Below, in pieces: positions 19,024 through 29,108 of a stretch of DNA of 64,000 bases. Origin of the DNA: Spirochaetia bacterium (GTDB taxonomy: Bacteria; Spirochaetota; Spirochaetia; DSM-16054; Sediminispirochaetaceae); NCBI GenBank assembly GCA_034520965.1, contig JAXHMY010000001.1, forward strand, positions 672,001 through 736,000, read 5' to 3'. The first letter of the stretch is position 1. Each line of letters opens with the position of its first letter. A model generated the notes under the pieces. That model was not told the DNA's origin. It searched no databases and worked only from the letters and a program-made list of their open reading frames with translations. The position numbers and the translations under genes were made by a program.

Positions 19024-21505
19024 CAGCGGAGATTCGATTTAAGTACAAAAACCAACTTGCCAGGGGCCGCATATTCAAAGGCGCCCGGAACCGGCGCCGA
19101 CCGTCCCAGGCAGCGGGGCTGCGAAACTGCAGGCCCGAATCATAGTACAGGGTATGTACCAACGCACCTGCAACCTTACCGGCCTCCCGCGGGAGGCCGT
19201 AAAAATCCAGCATCCCCGTATAAGCCCAGGCCGATCCCACTATCACTTCGCCCAGCTGCAGATCCTCTCCCCCGTCCCGGACATACTCTTCTCCCGACGG
19301 ATTAGAAACTAAAAGCGGCCCCACCCGCCCTTTTTCGTAACCACAATAGTTGTGCCGGTACACCGCCAGCAGATGACTGCGAATCCTATCTGTCGGCAGC
19401 ACATGCAAACCGGCCAGTTCGGCCAGGTAAGGTCCAAACAGGGCATCTGTCTGCAGCGCTTCTTTGTATTTTCCTTGGCTGCAGCTGTTAAAATATGCAC
19501 CATTCCACAGCTCCCGCTGAAAGGCTGCCGTCGCCAAGCGCAGGAGCCGGCGGTACTTGGTCGCTTTGCCGGTATCAAATTCGTCGCTGAGGGCGGCCAT
19601 CACCGCTAATGCGGCTATCGAGAGGCCTCCGCTGTAAGCGCCTATCCCGCTCAGGGATAGAGCGTCCCAGGTTGAATCACCAAACTCGCCATGCTCCGGC
19701 AAGCCGTCTCCGTCGTGATCCTGTCCAATCATGTGATCCGCCGCCCGAACAAGAATCTCCCACTCTCCCCGCTCGATTTTACGACCGCTGCAGCGGCAAA
19801 ACAGGTAGAAGCTTGCAATAAAAGCCGGATTATGGTCGAGCCACACATTTGGATCATCCCTCCAGGAATATCCGTTCAGATCATGCCAGGGATCTTCCAT
19901 TGCGCTGCCCAAATCATGGGGAATCTTCCCCGCCTTAAGCACCCGGCGCCGCTCGGCGGGCCGGTAAATCATACGAGTGGTCTCATCCTGCAGGTCTACC
20001 GCCCGCAGGTAATCATCAAACACGCTCCCGGCTAATCTCGGCCATCCCGATAAAAAAGCCGGAAAAGCGTACACCCAAAGATCGAAGGTGTTGTAATAGT
20101 AATAACCGGTATCAAAGCCCTCTAACAGGGCAAAATGAGGCCCATCCCCCAGAACGGGGACGGCCTCTCCGTTGGCGCCCGACACCCAAGCCGTACCGCC
20201 TCCCATTAAAAAATACAGGTCGTTTATCAGTGCCCCGCTAATACTCATATCTTGATTTTCAAAAGCCAGTCGCTGCTGAATCTGCTGCTGCCACTTTTCG
20301 ATACGCCCTTGCCACTCATCCCTGTGGGCAATTGCAAAGGCTGCAATATCTGCGGCATTGCGTCCGTTGCCGCCGAACTGACTATAGTAGGCCCGCCTCC
20401 AGCTTCGCTCTCCGCCGAACTTAATAATCGGTAAATCGTGGACCAGTAAAAAATGGGCAGGCACAGTGCCCTGTGCCTGCACCGTGCTGCGGCTCGCCAC
20501 CGCTGAGCCAATCCCTCGTGGCAGCGGGCGGTCCAACTTTCCTCACTTTCCGGCAGGGAGCCGTGGTCGGCAAAATACTTCACCACCCAGGGAAAAGTAT
20601 ACCGCTGCGCTTCGGGGGCGGCGCCGGTTCCATTCGCCTCAGTCTTAAAGGTAAGTTCCCTGGAAAAGACAGTCTTTGGAGCACCTCTGCGGAGATCGTT
20701 TTCATTGTCAATCTCATCATCATTAGAGTAGGCACAAAGAAGAACCTCGCCCTCCATATCACGCTCCACCGGCCTATCAGGATTTCTGGTTTGCAGCACC
20801 ACGCTGCTGAGAAGCGAGGTACTAGGAAGCTTGGTGCTGAGACCATCTACCCCTGAGAATGAAACTGAGGACGAAACTTCGGCGGGCAGATTGATATTGC
20901 CGTAGTTACTGCCGGGCGGGCCATGAACAGACCGTCTGCTGTTCAGTTGCATCCAGGGCTTGCCGACGGCCAAGCTGATTCGGCCAAAAAAGGGCCATTC
21001 CGGTTTCGAGCTCAGAATCAGTACGGTTATGGAGCTCTACATCGATATACATTACCGGGAGCGCCGCTGCTCCGGGATTCTCCGGGACAATGGGAGAAAA
21101 AAACCGTATATACAGGTCAATCGGCATATCGGCAGTTGAGTAGTGTTCAATTGTAAAAGGGAACAGGACCCCAACTTGCAGCTGGGATTGTTTCATCGCC
21201 TGCACTCCCTCCACTTCAGGGTCCTGCATCGACAGCACCCGGCATTGGGAGGGCCGGCCCTTTACCTTCCACCAAACCAGCAGAGCCGCTGCGGGAATAT
21301 CGCGACAGGCATGATACCCCGGCTGTAGATGCCACCGATTAAAGCTGCCGGTTAAACTGCGGCTGAACGCCGGAGCTCCTATACCGCCATAGAAGGGTCC
21401 ACTGGAAGGTCCGTCATCATGAGAACCCGGCTTGGGAGTGTAAGCGCTGAGACACTGTCCAAGTTTTATGTAATGCTTAAAGTTGAGCGCAAGATCCATC
21501 CGCAT
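19013..21505 (-). CDS. GH116 (non-lysosomal glucosylceramidase-like) glycoside hydrolase, split over three frames
   Basis: GGIGA..FSR...G.FNRWHL, FSPIVP, ALPV; FALLEG.D...YYNTFD, PHDLG, D.DGDGLPE, STWD; frames 21505-20906, 20973-20245, 20536-19013. Confidence 0.85.
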
Positions 21506-21519
21506 CGCCCCTCACGCAC

Positions 21520-21559
21520 ACAGCCCCGGCATCATTCAATTTGGTAATACCGGGGCTGT
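21520..21559. terminator. Hairpin downstream of gdhA
   Basis: acagccccgg-N20-ccggggctgt; no clear U tract on the minus strand. Confidence 0.4.
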
Positions 21560-21576
21560 ATATGTACAACTTATTT

Positions 21577-22942
21577 TTACACGTACCCCTGATCGATCAT
21601 AGCCTGGGCTACCTTAATGAAGCCTGCAATATTCGCCCCGTCCACATAGTTATGGGGTTCACTGTAACGTTCGGCATGTTCAACACTCATACTGTGAATT
21701 CGGGTCATAATCTTCAGCAGTTCATCGTCAACCTTTTGGCGGGACCATGCAATCCGTGATCCGTTCTGTGCCATCTCCAGCCCCGACACTGCTACACCCC
21801 CGGCGTTGGCTGCCTTCGCTGGGGCATACAGAATTCCCTTGTCCAAGAATAGATCAACCCCTTCTATGCGGGTCGGCATGTTAGCCCCCTCTGCCACAAG
21901 GGTCACACCATTGTTTATTAGATTCTGGGCATCTGTTAGGTTAATCTCATTTTGGGTTGCACAGGGAAACGCGCATTCAGCAGCGTGATTCCAAAGCGGA
22001 TTTTGCTCACTTACATCCGGGTTATGGTGGTACTCGGCATTTGGATATTTTTCCTTGTACTCTCCAATTCGGCCGCGTCGGAAGTTCTTTAACTCCTTCA
22101 CAAATTCCAACTTTTCCTGATCAATGCCGTCACCGTCAAATATATAACCGGAAGAGTCTGAGAGCGTGACAACCTTTGCACCTAGTTCCAACAGCTTCTC
22201 TACTGTAAACTGGGCTACATTTCCCGAGCCGGAAACCAAACAGGTTTTTCCTTCAAAGCTCTCTTCTCTTGTCTCCAGCATTCTGGCAGCGAAATAGACT
22301 AATCCGTAACCGGTTGCCTCAGGTCGCAGGAAAGAGCCGCCCCACCCGGTACCTTTCCCGGTTAAGGAGCCGGTAAATTGATTCTTTAGACGTTTATATT
22401 GTCCAAAAAGATACCCAATTTCACGCCCTCCAACTCCTATATCACCGGCCGGAACATCAGTGGTTTCCCCGATATGCCTATAGAGCTCACTCATAAAACT
22501 CTGACAGAAGCGCATTACCTCAAGGTCGCTTTTACCCTTCGGATCAAAATCTGAACCGCCTTTTCCTCCGCCTAAACTGAGGCTGGTGAGACTGTTTTTA
22601 AACACCTGTTCGAAAGCTAGAAACTTCATAATGCTTAAATTCACCGAGGGGTGAAACCGCAGCCCGCCCTTATACGGACCGATGGCACTGCTCATCTCAA
22701 CCCGATAGCCCCGGTTAATCTGCAGCTGCTCATTTTCATCGACCCAAGGAACTCTAAACATGACCACCCGCTCGGGCTCGGTCATCCGTTCGAGTACCTT
22801 GTGATAGATAAAATCAGGGAACGAATCCATTACTTTTTCAATCGACCGGAACACCTCTGTAACCGCCTGATGAAATTCCATCTCGTGCGGATTTTGCTGC
22901 ACGGTTGAGTTTAGAATTGGTTCAATGCTGACAAGGAAACAT
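21577..22942 (-). CDS. gdhA: NADP-specific glutamate dehydrogenase
   Basis: GPYKGGLRFHPSVN, GGGKGGSDFDPK, DVPAGDIGVG, RPEATGYG, GSGNVA; probable ATG at 22942 is one base out of frame with the main ORF (in-frame GTG at 22902). Confidence 0.95.
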
Positions 22943-23087
22943 TACGCCCACCCTTTCGTTTCTATCTGTAGTATCAATAGATTACAAAAAAAATATATCT
23001 TTTTAAAGCGGGAAAATGGGATAGTAGAGTTAATTAAGGAAAAGTATTTTACTCATTATTCACGATATCAAATATAGTTTAATTTAC

Positions 23088-23116
23088 TTAACAAATTAGA
23101 TTTTTGTAGGTATAAT
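23088..23116 (+). promoter_or_regulatory. Sigma70 promoter
   Basis: TTAACA-17 bp-TATAAT in AT-rich divergent spacer; GGAGG RBS downstream. Confidence 0.65.
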
Positions 23117-23151
23117 GGAACATACTATTTGTCTAATTGGGAGGATGAGGA

Positions 23152-24627
23152 ATGCATACCGGTAGAAATATTAAAGCCATGCGTGAGGCTAAATCAATCA
23201 GTAGAGATACCCTTGCAGAGGAAGTGGGTAAAGAACCGCAGTTTATTGAGCAAATTGAAGAACATGAATATGAGGCACCTATTTCAGTACTGCTGAAAAT
23301 TGCATCGGTATTGGGGACGGACATATCCGCCCTTATTTATGGAAAAGAGTTTCAAGAAAAGTCGGTCATAGTCACCGATAAGAATTCACGGATGAAGGTA
23401 GAGCGAAAACGAGATTTCGATTATGAAAATCTGGCACCCTACTACAGCGGGCGCCACATGGAGCCTTTTCTGGTCGATGTATACCCTGTCAAAGACGATA
23501 CCCTCGAATACTCAACCCATGAAGGTGAGGAATTCCACTATGTGATGGAGGGAGCTCTGCGAATTATAGTCGATGGAAAGGAACACCGGCTCAATCAGGG
23601 GGACTCAATCTATTTTGATTCCTCTCTACCCCACGCCCTTTCAGCAATTGGTGACAAAGCCAAACTCTTAGCAGCTATTTATCATTCTACCTCAATGTCC
23701 CATGTCACCCGCAGCCAAAAAATGAACGATCTGATCACAGCCGCCCGACACCTCGGCGGTATGAAGGTCGTCATAGTAGTCCCTAACGAGACCGCGGTAG
23801 AAGCGGTAAACCGGGCCATCGAAGAACAGGTAATCAGCGAGGCCCTGCTGGTCGGCAACAGTGCAGAATTACCGGCTGAGTATAAATCCCACAAAGATCG
23901 TTACCAGATAATTGATGTTGAAGCTGGTGAGAATTTTGAGATGCGCTGTGCTCAAAAGGCGGTAGAACTTATCCGGGCCGGTGAAGGTCACATGATGATG
24001 AAGGGCAATATAAATACTGCGGTTTTCATGAAAGCCGTTTTAAATAAGGAAAAGGGAATTGGTTCCGGCCGCCGCCTCTCATTAGTCAGTATTTTTGAAC
24101 TGCCGAAACTTAGTCGTCTGGTATTCCTTACAGATCCCGGTATCAATCCGGCACTCACTGGAAAAAAAGATATAAAAACAAGCAAGGATATCATCCTCAA
24201 TGCGATTGATGTAGCCAAAAGCATGGGGGTTCACCGTCCGAAGGTGGCCATCCTGGATGCAAATGAAGTGCCCTCGGAAAAGGTTCCCTCCAGCATGATA
24301 GCAAAAGAGCTGTCGGAGATGGAGTGGGCGGACGCGGAGGTGTACGGCCCCCTCTCGTATGACCTGGCGCTCTACGAGGAGTCGGCCCTGCATAAGGGAA
24401 TTACCGACAATCCGGTAGCCGGTAAAGCCGATATTCTGATCGTACCCCATATCTCCGGGGGAAATTTCTTATACAAAGCCTGGGCAATGACTATGTCTGC
24501 GGATGTAGCCAATGTGGTCTTGGGAGCGCAGGTACCACTTATTATTACCAGCCGCAGCGATAATGATTTGACCAAGTTCCTTACTTTATGCGCCAGCGCG
24601 GTCTACAGCGCCCACAAGTTTACATAA
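23152..24627 (+). CDS. XRE HTH + cupin + phosphate butyryl/acetyltransferase fusion protein
   Basis: N-terminal XRE HTH; cupin HEGEEFHYVMEG...GDSIYFDSSLPH; PTA/PTB motifs MMKGNINT, TDPGIN, GKADILIVP, GNFLYK, TSRSD. Confidence 0.85.
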   Translation: MHTGRNIKAMREAKSISRDTLAEEVGKEPQFIEQIEEHEYEAPISVLLKIASVLGTDISALIYGKEFQEKSVIVTDKNSRMKVERKRDFDYENLAPYYSGRHMEPFLVDVYPVKDDTLEYSTHEGEEFHYVMEGALRIIVDGKEHRLNQGDSIYFDSSLPHALSAIGDKAKLLAAIYHSTSMSHVTRSQKMNDLITAARHLGGMKVVIVVPNETAVEAVNRAIEEQVISEALLVGNSAELPAEYKSHKDRYQIIDVEAGENFEMRCAQKAVELIRAGEGHMMMKGNINTAVFMKAVLNKEKGIGSGRRLSLVSIFELPKLSRLVFLTDPGINPALTGKKDIKTSKDIILNAIDVAKSMGVHRPKVAILDANEVPSEKVPSSMIAKELSEMEWADAEVYGPLSYDLALYEESALHKGITDNPVAGKADILIVPHISGGNFLYKAWAMTMSADVANVVLGAQVPLIITSRSDNDLTKFLTLCASAVYSAHKFT

Positions 24628-24658
24628 AATAACCCCTATATAAAATTATATAGAGAAT

Positions 24659-24687
24659 TTGACACGGCCGTATTTTCAGTCCATTAT
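24659..24687 (+). promoter_or_regulatory. Possible sigma70 promoter of hppA
   Basis: TTGACA-17 bp-CATTAT. Confidence 0.5.
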
Positions 24688-24698
24688 GTGAGGTTATT

Positions 24699-26786
24699 AT
24701 GGATACAACACTGACTCTCTTAATAGTTTTACTGGGCAGCGTAATGGCGCTTGTGTACGCCGCTTTCAAAACCCGTTGGATTTACGGGCAACCGGTGGAA
24801 GATGCGAAACTGAAACGAATCAGCGGTTATGTGCAGGAAGGTGCGATGGCCTTCTTGGGACGTGAGTATCGAGCTTTAATAGCATTCGTTATTGTTGTTG
24901 CACTCTCGCTGTTTTTGGCAAACCAGGGTGCATTGCGGTTCCAAGCACTGTCATTTCTGGGCGGTGCAGGGGCCTCGGCACTGGCCGGTTATATCGGCAT
25001 GAAAGTAGCCACTGCTTCAAACGGACGCACCACCCACGCTGCACAAGAGGGCATTAACCCCGCCCTCAAGATCGCCTTTAGCGGCGGAAGTGTCATGGGT
25101 ATGAGTGTCGTCGGATTAGCACTGATGGGCATCGGCCTTGTGATGCTGATAGGAGTTGTGCTGCTTGGCGACTCGATCCCGGTTATGCAGAAGACGATCC
25201 TGCCGGTGCTCTCCGGTTTCTCTCTGGGAGCCTCCTCAATGGCCCTTTTCGCCAGGGTCGGGGGCGGTATCTTTACCAAAGCCGCAGATGTAGGAGCCGA
25301 CCTAGTGGGTAAGGTAGAAGCCGGTATTCCGGAAGATGATCACCGCAATCCGGCGGTAATTGCAGATAACGTCGGTGACAATGTGGGCGATGTAGCAGGT
25401 ATGGGCGCCGACCTGTTTGAGTCTTACGTAGGTTCTATTGTAGGGTCAATGATATTGGGAGTGGCTGTTGCCGGCCCGATCGATCTGAAGTACCGCACTC
25501 TGCTGTTTCCGCTGGTATTGGCCGTTATTGGTATTATTGCCTCAATAATCGGTGTCGGCTTTGTACGCATTAAGCCTGGAAAATCACCACAAGTTGCCCT
25601 CAATGCGGGAACCTTCGGAGCCGCAGGTATCGCCGCGGTGCTGGCATTTGCGGCGGCAATTCTTGTCATCGGAGGGGCTCCAAGTACAGCCGGAAGCACG
25701 GCCGCCCTCGCAGCGAATCCTTACCGAGTTTTCTTTTCAGCCCTAGTCGGAATGGCTGCCGGGACATCATTAGGGCTACTGACTGAGTACTTTACCGGCA
25801 CTGATAAGGGACCGGTTGAAGCAATTGTACGGGCCAGCGAAACCGGCACCGCAACCAACATTATCACCGGAATCGGTATGGGAATGCTGTCCAGTTTCCC
25901 GTCGGTTATTTTTATAATTGTAGCCATTTTAGGCGGTTCGGCATTAGCCGGACTGTATGGAATTGCAATTGCTGCACTCGGCATGCTGATGACCCTTGGA
26001 ATTCAGTTAGCGGTAGATGCATACGGGCCCATTGCCGACAATGCCGGTGGATTAGCTGAAATGGCTGAATTTCCCCCGGAAGTACGAAAAATCACAGATA
26101 AATTGGATGCCGTGGGAAACACCACCGCCGCCATTGGAAAAGGTTTTGCTATTGGTTCGGCGGCCCTCACATCTATTATCCTTTTTACCGCTTTTCGTCA
26201 GGAAGTAGGCATTGAGGTGATCGATTTAATGGAAGTGGATGTGCTTGTGGGAGTTCTGCTTGGAGCGGTTATCCCCTATCTCTTCTCATCAATGGCGATG
26301 AACGCCATCGGCGATGCCGCCTTTACGATGATTGAAGAAGTTCGTCGACAGTTCCGAGAAAAACCCGGGATTCTGACCGAAGATGTGGAACCGGATTACC
26401 GGCGCTGTATTGATATCAGTACCAGCGCTGCATTGAAAAAAATGATGCTTCCTGGTATTGTTGCAGCAGCCACGCCGGTACTAATTGGTTTTATAGGCGG
26501 TATCCACATGTTGGCCGGTTTGCTGATTGGGGTGACTTCATCGGGCGTAGTACTTGCAATTTTCATGGCCAATACCGGTGGTGCATGGGATAATGCAAAA
26601 AAAATGATTGAAGAAAGAGAGGTTAACGGGAAAGGCTCGGATGCCCATAAAGCTTCAGTGGTTGGAGACACCGTAGGCGACCCTTTCAAAGATACCGCCG
26701 GTCCTGCACTTAACATATTAATTAAGCTAATGGCGGTAGTGTCGCTGGTAATTGCCCCGATGCTCAAGTCGTTTTTTGGAGGCTGA
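24699..26786 (+). CDS. hppA: Membrane-bound K+-dependent pyrophosphatase, probably Na+-translocating
   Basis: [43 protein letters not shown] (Ala form is K+-dependent), [11 protein letters not shown]. Confidence 0.95.
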   Translation: MDTTLTLLIVLLGSVMALVYAAFKTRWIYGQPVEDAKLKRISGYVQEGAMAFLGREYRALIAFVIVVALSLFLANQGALRFQALSFLGGAGASALAGYIGMKVATASNGRTTHAAQEGINPALKIAFSGGSVMGMSVVGLALMGIGLVMLIGVVLLGDSIPVMQKTILPVLSGFSLGASSMALFARVGGGIFTKAADVGADLVGKVEAGIPEDDHRNPAVIADNVGDNVGDVAGMGADLFESYVGSIVGSMILGVAVAGPIDLKYRTLLFPLVLAVIGIIASIIGVGFVRIKPGKSPQVALNAGTFGAAGIAAVLAFAAAILVIGGAPSTAGSTAALAANPYRVFFSALVGMAAGTSLGLLTEYFTGTDKGPVEAIVRASETGTATNIITGIGMGMLSSFPSVIFIIVAILGGSALAGLYGIAIAALGMLMTLGIQLAVDAYGPIADNAGGLAEMAEFPPEVRKITDKLDAVGNTTAAIGKGFAIGSAALTSIILFTAFRQEVGIEVIDLMEVDVLVGVLLGAVIPYLFSSMAMNAIGDAAFTMIEEVRRQFREKPGILTEDVEPDYRRCIDISTSAALKKMMLPGIVAAATPVLIGFIGGIHMLAGLLIGVTSSGVVLAIFMANTGGAWDNAKKMIEEREVNGKGSDAHKASVVGDTVGDPFKDTAGPALNILIKLMAVVSLVIAPMLKSFFGG

Positions 26787-26790
26787 AAAA

Positions 26791-27579
26791 ATGGAATATA
26801 AAAAGCGTCTGTATTTAATACTACACCCTAACCTGGCCTTGGTTGGCTCACAGCTCAACCCCGAGCAGTTTGCCGACCACTATACCTCCGGCTCATCCCG
26901 GTACTACAGTGGAAAAGTAATCTTCGCCGGAATAGATGTTGATTTTCGTCATCCCTACTTTCCAATTGAAGAGATGCTGAACGAACTTGTGCCCCACGAG
27001 GACGGGAAACCAAAGGCCACCAAATTCATCTCCAGCCACCGTGTTCTCGAGCATATGGATTTTGATGCAATCCAAACGCTCCACCTGGTTAATCCGGAAG
27101 GCGATGTGCTGTCACTGGAACCGGAACCGTTCCGTTGTCCCCATGAAGAGAGTAATGAAATTCGAATCTATGCTGAGATGGCCCCTCTGCGCATGTTGGT
27201 CTTAAGCGATTATAACGTGAGGGAGTTTAGTTCTTACATCACCTCTCGTAACAATCCCAAGGGGGCCCCTTCGTTATTCTTCACCCAAATTGACCTGGAA
27301 ATTGAAAAATTTATTGAAGAGTTCGAAAAACACCCTTTTAAGGAAGCTCCAATCAAGAGTATCCACCCGTCCCGTCTGCGTGATTCATATTTGGAGCTGA
27401 AGAACTCGCCCACCAAACATACCAAGGGGCTCTGTCTCGACAGCTCAATTGATCAAAGCTCCTTCAAATATATTCGCGAAGGATTTACTTTTGCCTCGCA
27501 AAAGCAGACTAAATGCTTTTATATGCCCTCCCTAGAGGAAATAGAGCGAGATCACTACCGCTTCTGGAAGCACATGTAA
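26791..27579 (+). CDS. Hypothetical protein
   Basis: 262 aa ORF starting 4 nt after the hppA stop, GGAGG RBS; no motif recognised. Confidence 0.75.
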   Translation: MEYKKRLYLILHPNLALVGSQLNPEQFADHYTSGSSRYYSGKVIFAGIDVDFRHPYFPIEEMLNELVPHEDGKPKATKFISSHRVLEHMDFDAIQTLHLVNPEGDVLSLEPEPFRCPHEESNEIRIYAEMAPLRMLVLSDYNVREFSSYITSRNNPKGAPSLFFTQIDLEIEKFIEEFEKHPFKEAPIKSIHPSRLRDSYLELKNSPTKHTKGLCLDSSIDQSSFKYIREGFTFASQKQTKCFYMPSLEEIERDHYRFWKHM

Positions 27580-27623
27580 GCCGGGACTAATGGTACTATA
27601 AGCAGCTCTGGGTATACTAAAAC

Positions 27624-28022
27624 CTAAATCTCACCAAGGCTCAGGTCACCGGTGATTTTAAAGGTGCGTCCATCGCGGTATACCTGCAGGTCTCTTTCAG
27701 GAAAGTGCTCTGCAAGCTTTGCCCGAATAAACTGTACCGCGTCGTCTTCGATCTCCTCTTCTTTTTCATCGGGTACATCAGACAGGGTAACCATATCGAC
27801 ATCGAGCACATACCCCCGGCCATGCTCACTACCGTATCCGGCCGTGAATGAGGCTCCCACATTAAACAGGCCGTCGGACTGCTTATTTGCAGTCTCTCCC
27901 CGTGTGGCACGGGCAGGATGCAGCGGGTACATCCTGCCGTATTTCTCTTCAAGATAATCGTCTGCAGCATCAAATACGGCTTTCAGCCTCTTATCAAATC
28001 GTGCTAAGCCATGATGTTCCAT
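27624..28022 (-). CDS. Hypothetical protein
   Basis: 132 aa ORF with AAGGTG RBS, protein-like composition. Confidence 0.7.
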   Translation of the reverse strand: MEHHGLARFDKRLKAVFDAADDYLEEKYGRMYPLHPARATRGETANKQSDGLFNVGASFTAGYGSEHGRGYVLDVDMVTLSDVPDEKEEEIEDDAVQFIRAKLAEHFPERDLQVYRDGRTFKITGDLSLGEI

Positions 28023-28068
28023 TCACCTTACTCCTCTATCTGCATTTAAAGTAGTAAATACCGGCGTG

Positions 28069-28953
28069 TTAGGCAACCTTCATGGCAGCCCACTTTTTCC
28101 ACTGGTACCACTGCTCCGGAAAACGGCTGACATATTTCTGCCAGAGATACAGAGCCCGGACGGAGGTTTTGTTGGCCGCACTGCCGTTATTTATCGGCTC
28201 GCAAATAAGGGTATAACGATTGGCTGCATCCCTTTTAAGAAACACCCCCACCACAGGAGCGCCTGAACGCTGCGCCATCAGGTCGAGGGTATTGTCGAAA
28301 AAGAGTGTCTTGCCGAACAGTCGAATTGTGCGTCCCTTCTTTTTTCTCCATACATCAACCTCATCACACTCGGTCATCAGAAATCGATTGGACTGCAGGC
28401 TTTCCAAAGCCCGACCATACACCGACTGGCCATCCGACGAACTAATCAAATCCGCCCCCAAGCGGGCGGCCCTGTTTTTCAAAGCACGGGCAAGATGCGG
28501 AGTCTGACATTCTAATATCACACTCACCGGATACCCCTTCAACGCCAGTACCCATGGTATAAATTCAACCGCTCCCCAGTGTGCGGTTACCAAAATTACG
28601 CCCTTCTGTCGCTGCAAGGCATCATTCAAAACATGTTCGTTTTGAATGCTGAACCGCCTATCTACCAATCGCTGGATATCCTCAACATCTTTAAATGCCG
28701 AGTACATTTTTTCAAAGTAATGGGTAAAAATTCCGTTAAAGGTACTTCTATAAATCCGGCGCAGCTCCCGATCTGTTTTGCCCTGCATCATATCCCGAAT
28801 GTTACGCTCAATCAGGTGCTTCTCCTTCCGGCGGACCATATAGTAGAGCTTTCCGACAAGCTGCATGTACACATACCCCGCGCCATACGGCAGCATCCTG
28901 AATAGAAACACATTCCACCTCAACTGAAAAAATTTGGACAAGTTTAGCTTCAT
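28069..28953 (-). CDS. LpxL/HtrB-like lysophospholipid acyltransferase family protein
   Basis: KGVILVTAHWGAVE, FPEQWYQW; AGGAGG RBS before ATG 28953. Confidence 0.88.
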   Translation of the reverse strand: MKLNLSKFFQLRWNVFLFRMLPYGAGYVYMQLVGKLYYMVRRKEKHLIERNIRDMMQGKTDRELRRIYRSTFNGIFTHYFEKMYSAFKDVEDIQRLVDRRFSIQNEHVLNDALQRQKGVILVTAHWGAVEFIPWVLALKGYPVSVILECQTPHLARALKNRAARLGADLISSSDGQSVYGRALESLQSNRFLMTECDEVDVWRKKKGRTIRLFGKTLFFDNTLDLMAQRSGAPVVGVFLKRDAANRYTLICEPINNGSAANKTSVRALYLWQKYVSRFPEQWYQWKKWAAMKVA

Positions 28954-29108
28954 CTTACTCCTCCTTGCAGGTTGTATTTTTGAAAAAAGCCTTTTGCAGA
29001 ACAATTTTCACCTGTTAAAGAGCATCTGGCAAGCTTTTTTAAGTAGAATACAGCTAAGAAATGTGAGAAAAGAAGGGGTTATGCGCTCCCAGCGAGAGGA
29101 AGTAGAGC

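Noticed and set aside
22905..22921. tttagaattgg as another copy of the 18.9 kb palindrome arm
   Set aside because: It lies in the probable gdhA N-terminal coding sequence (EPILN), the match is short, and there is no partner arm
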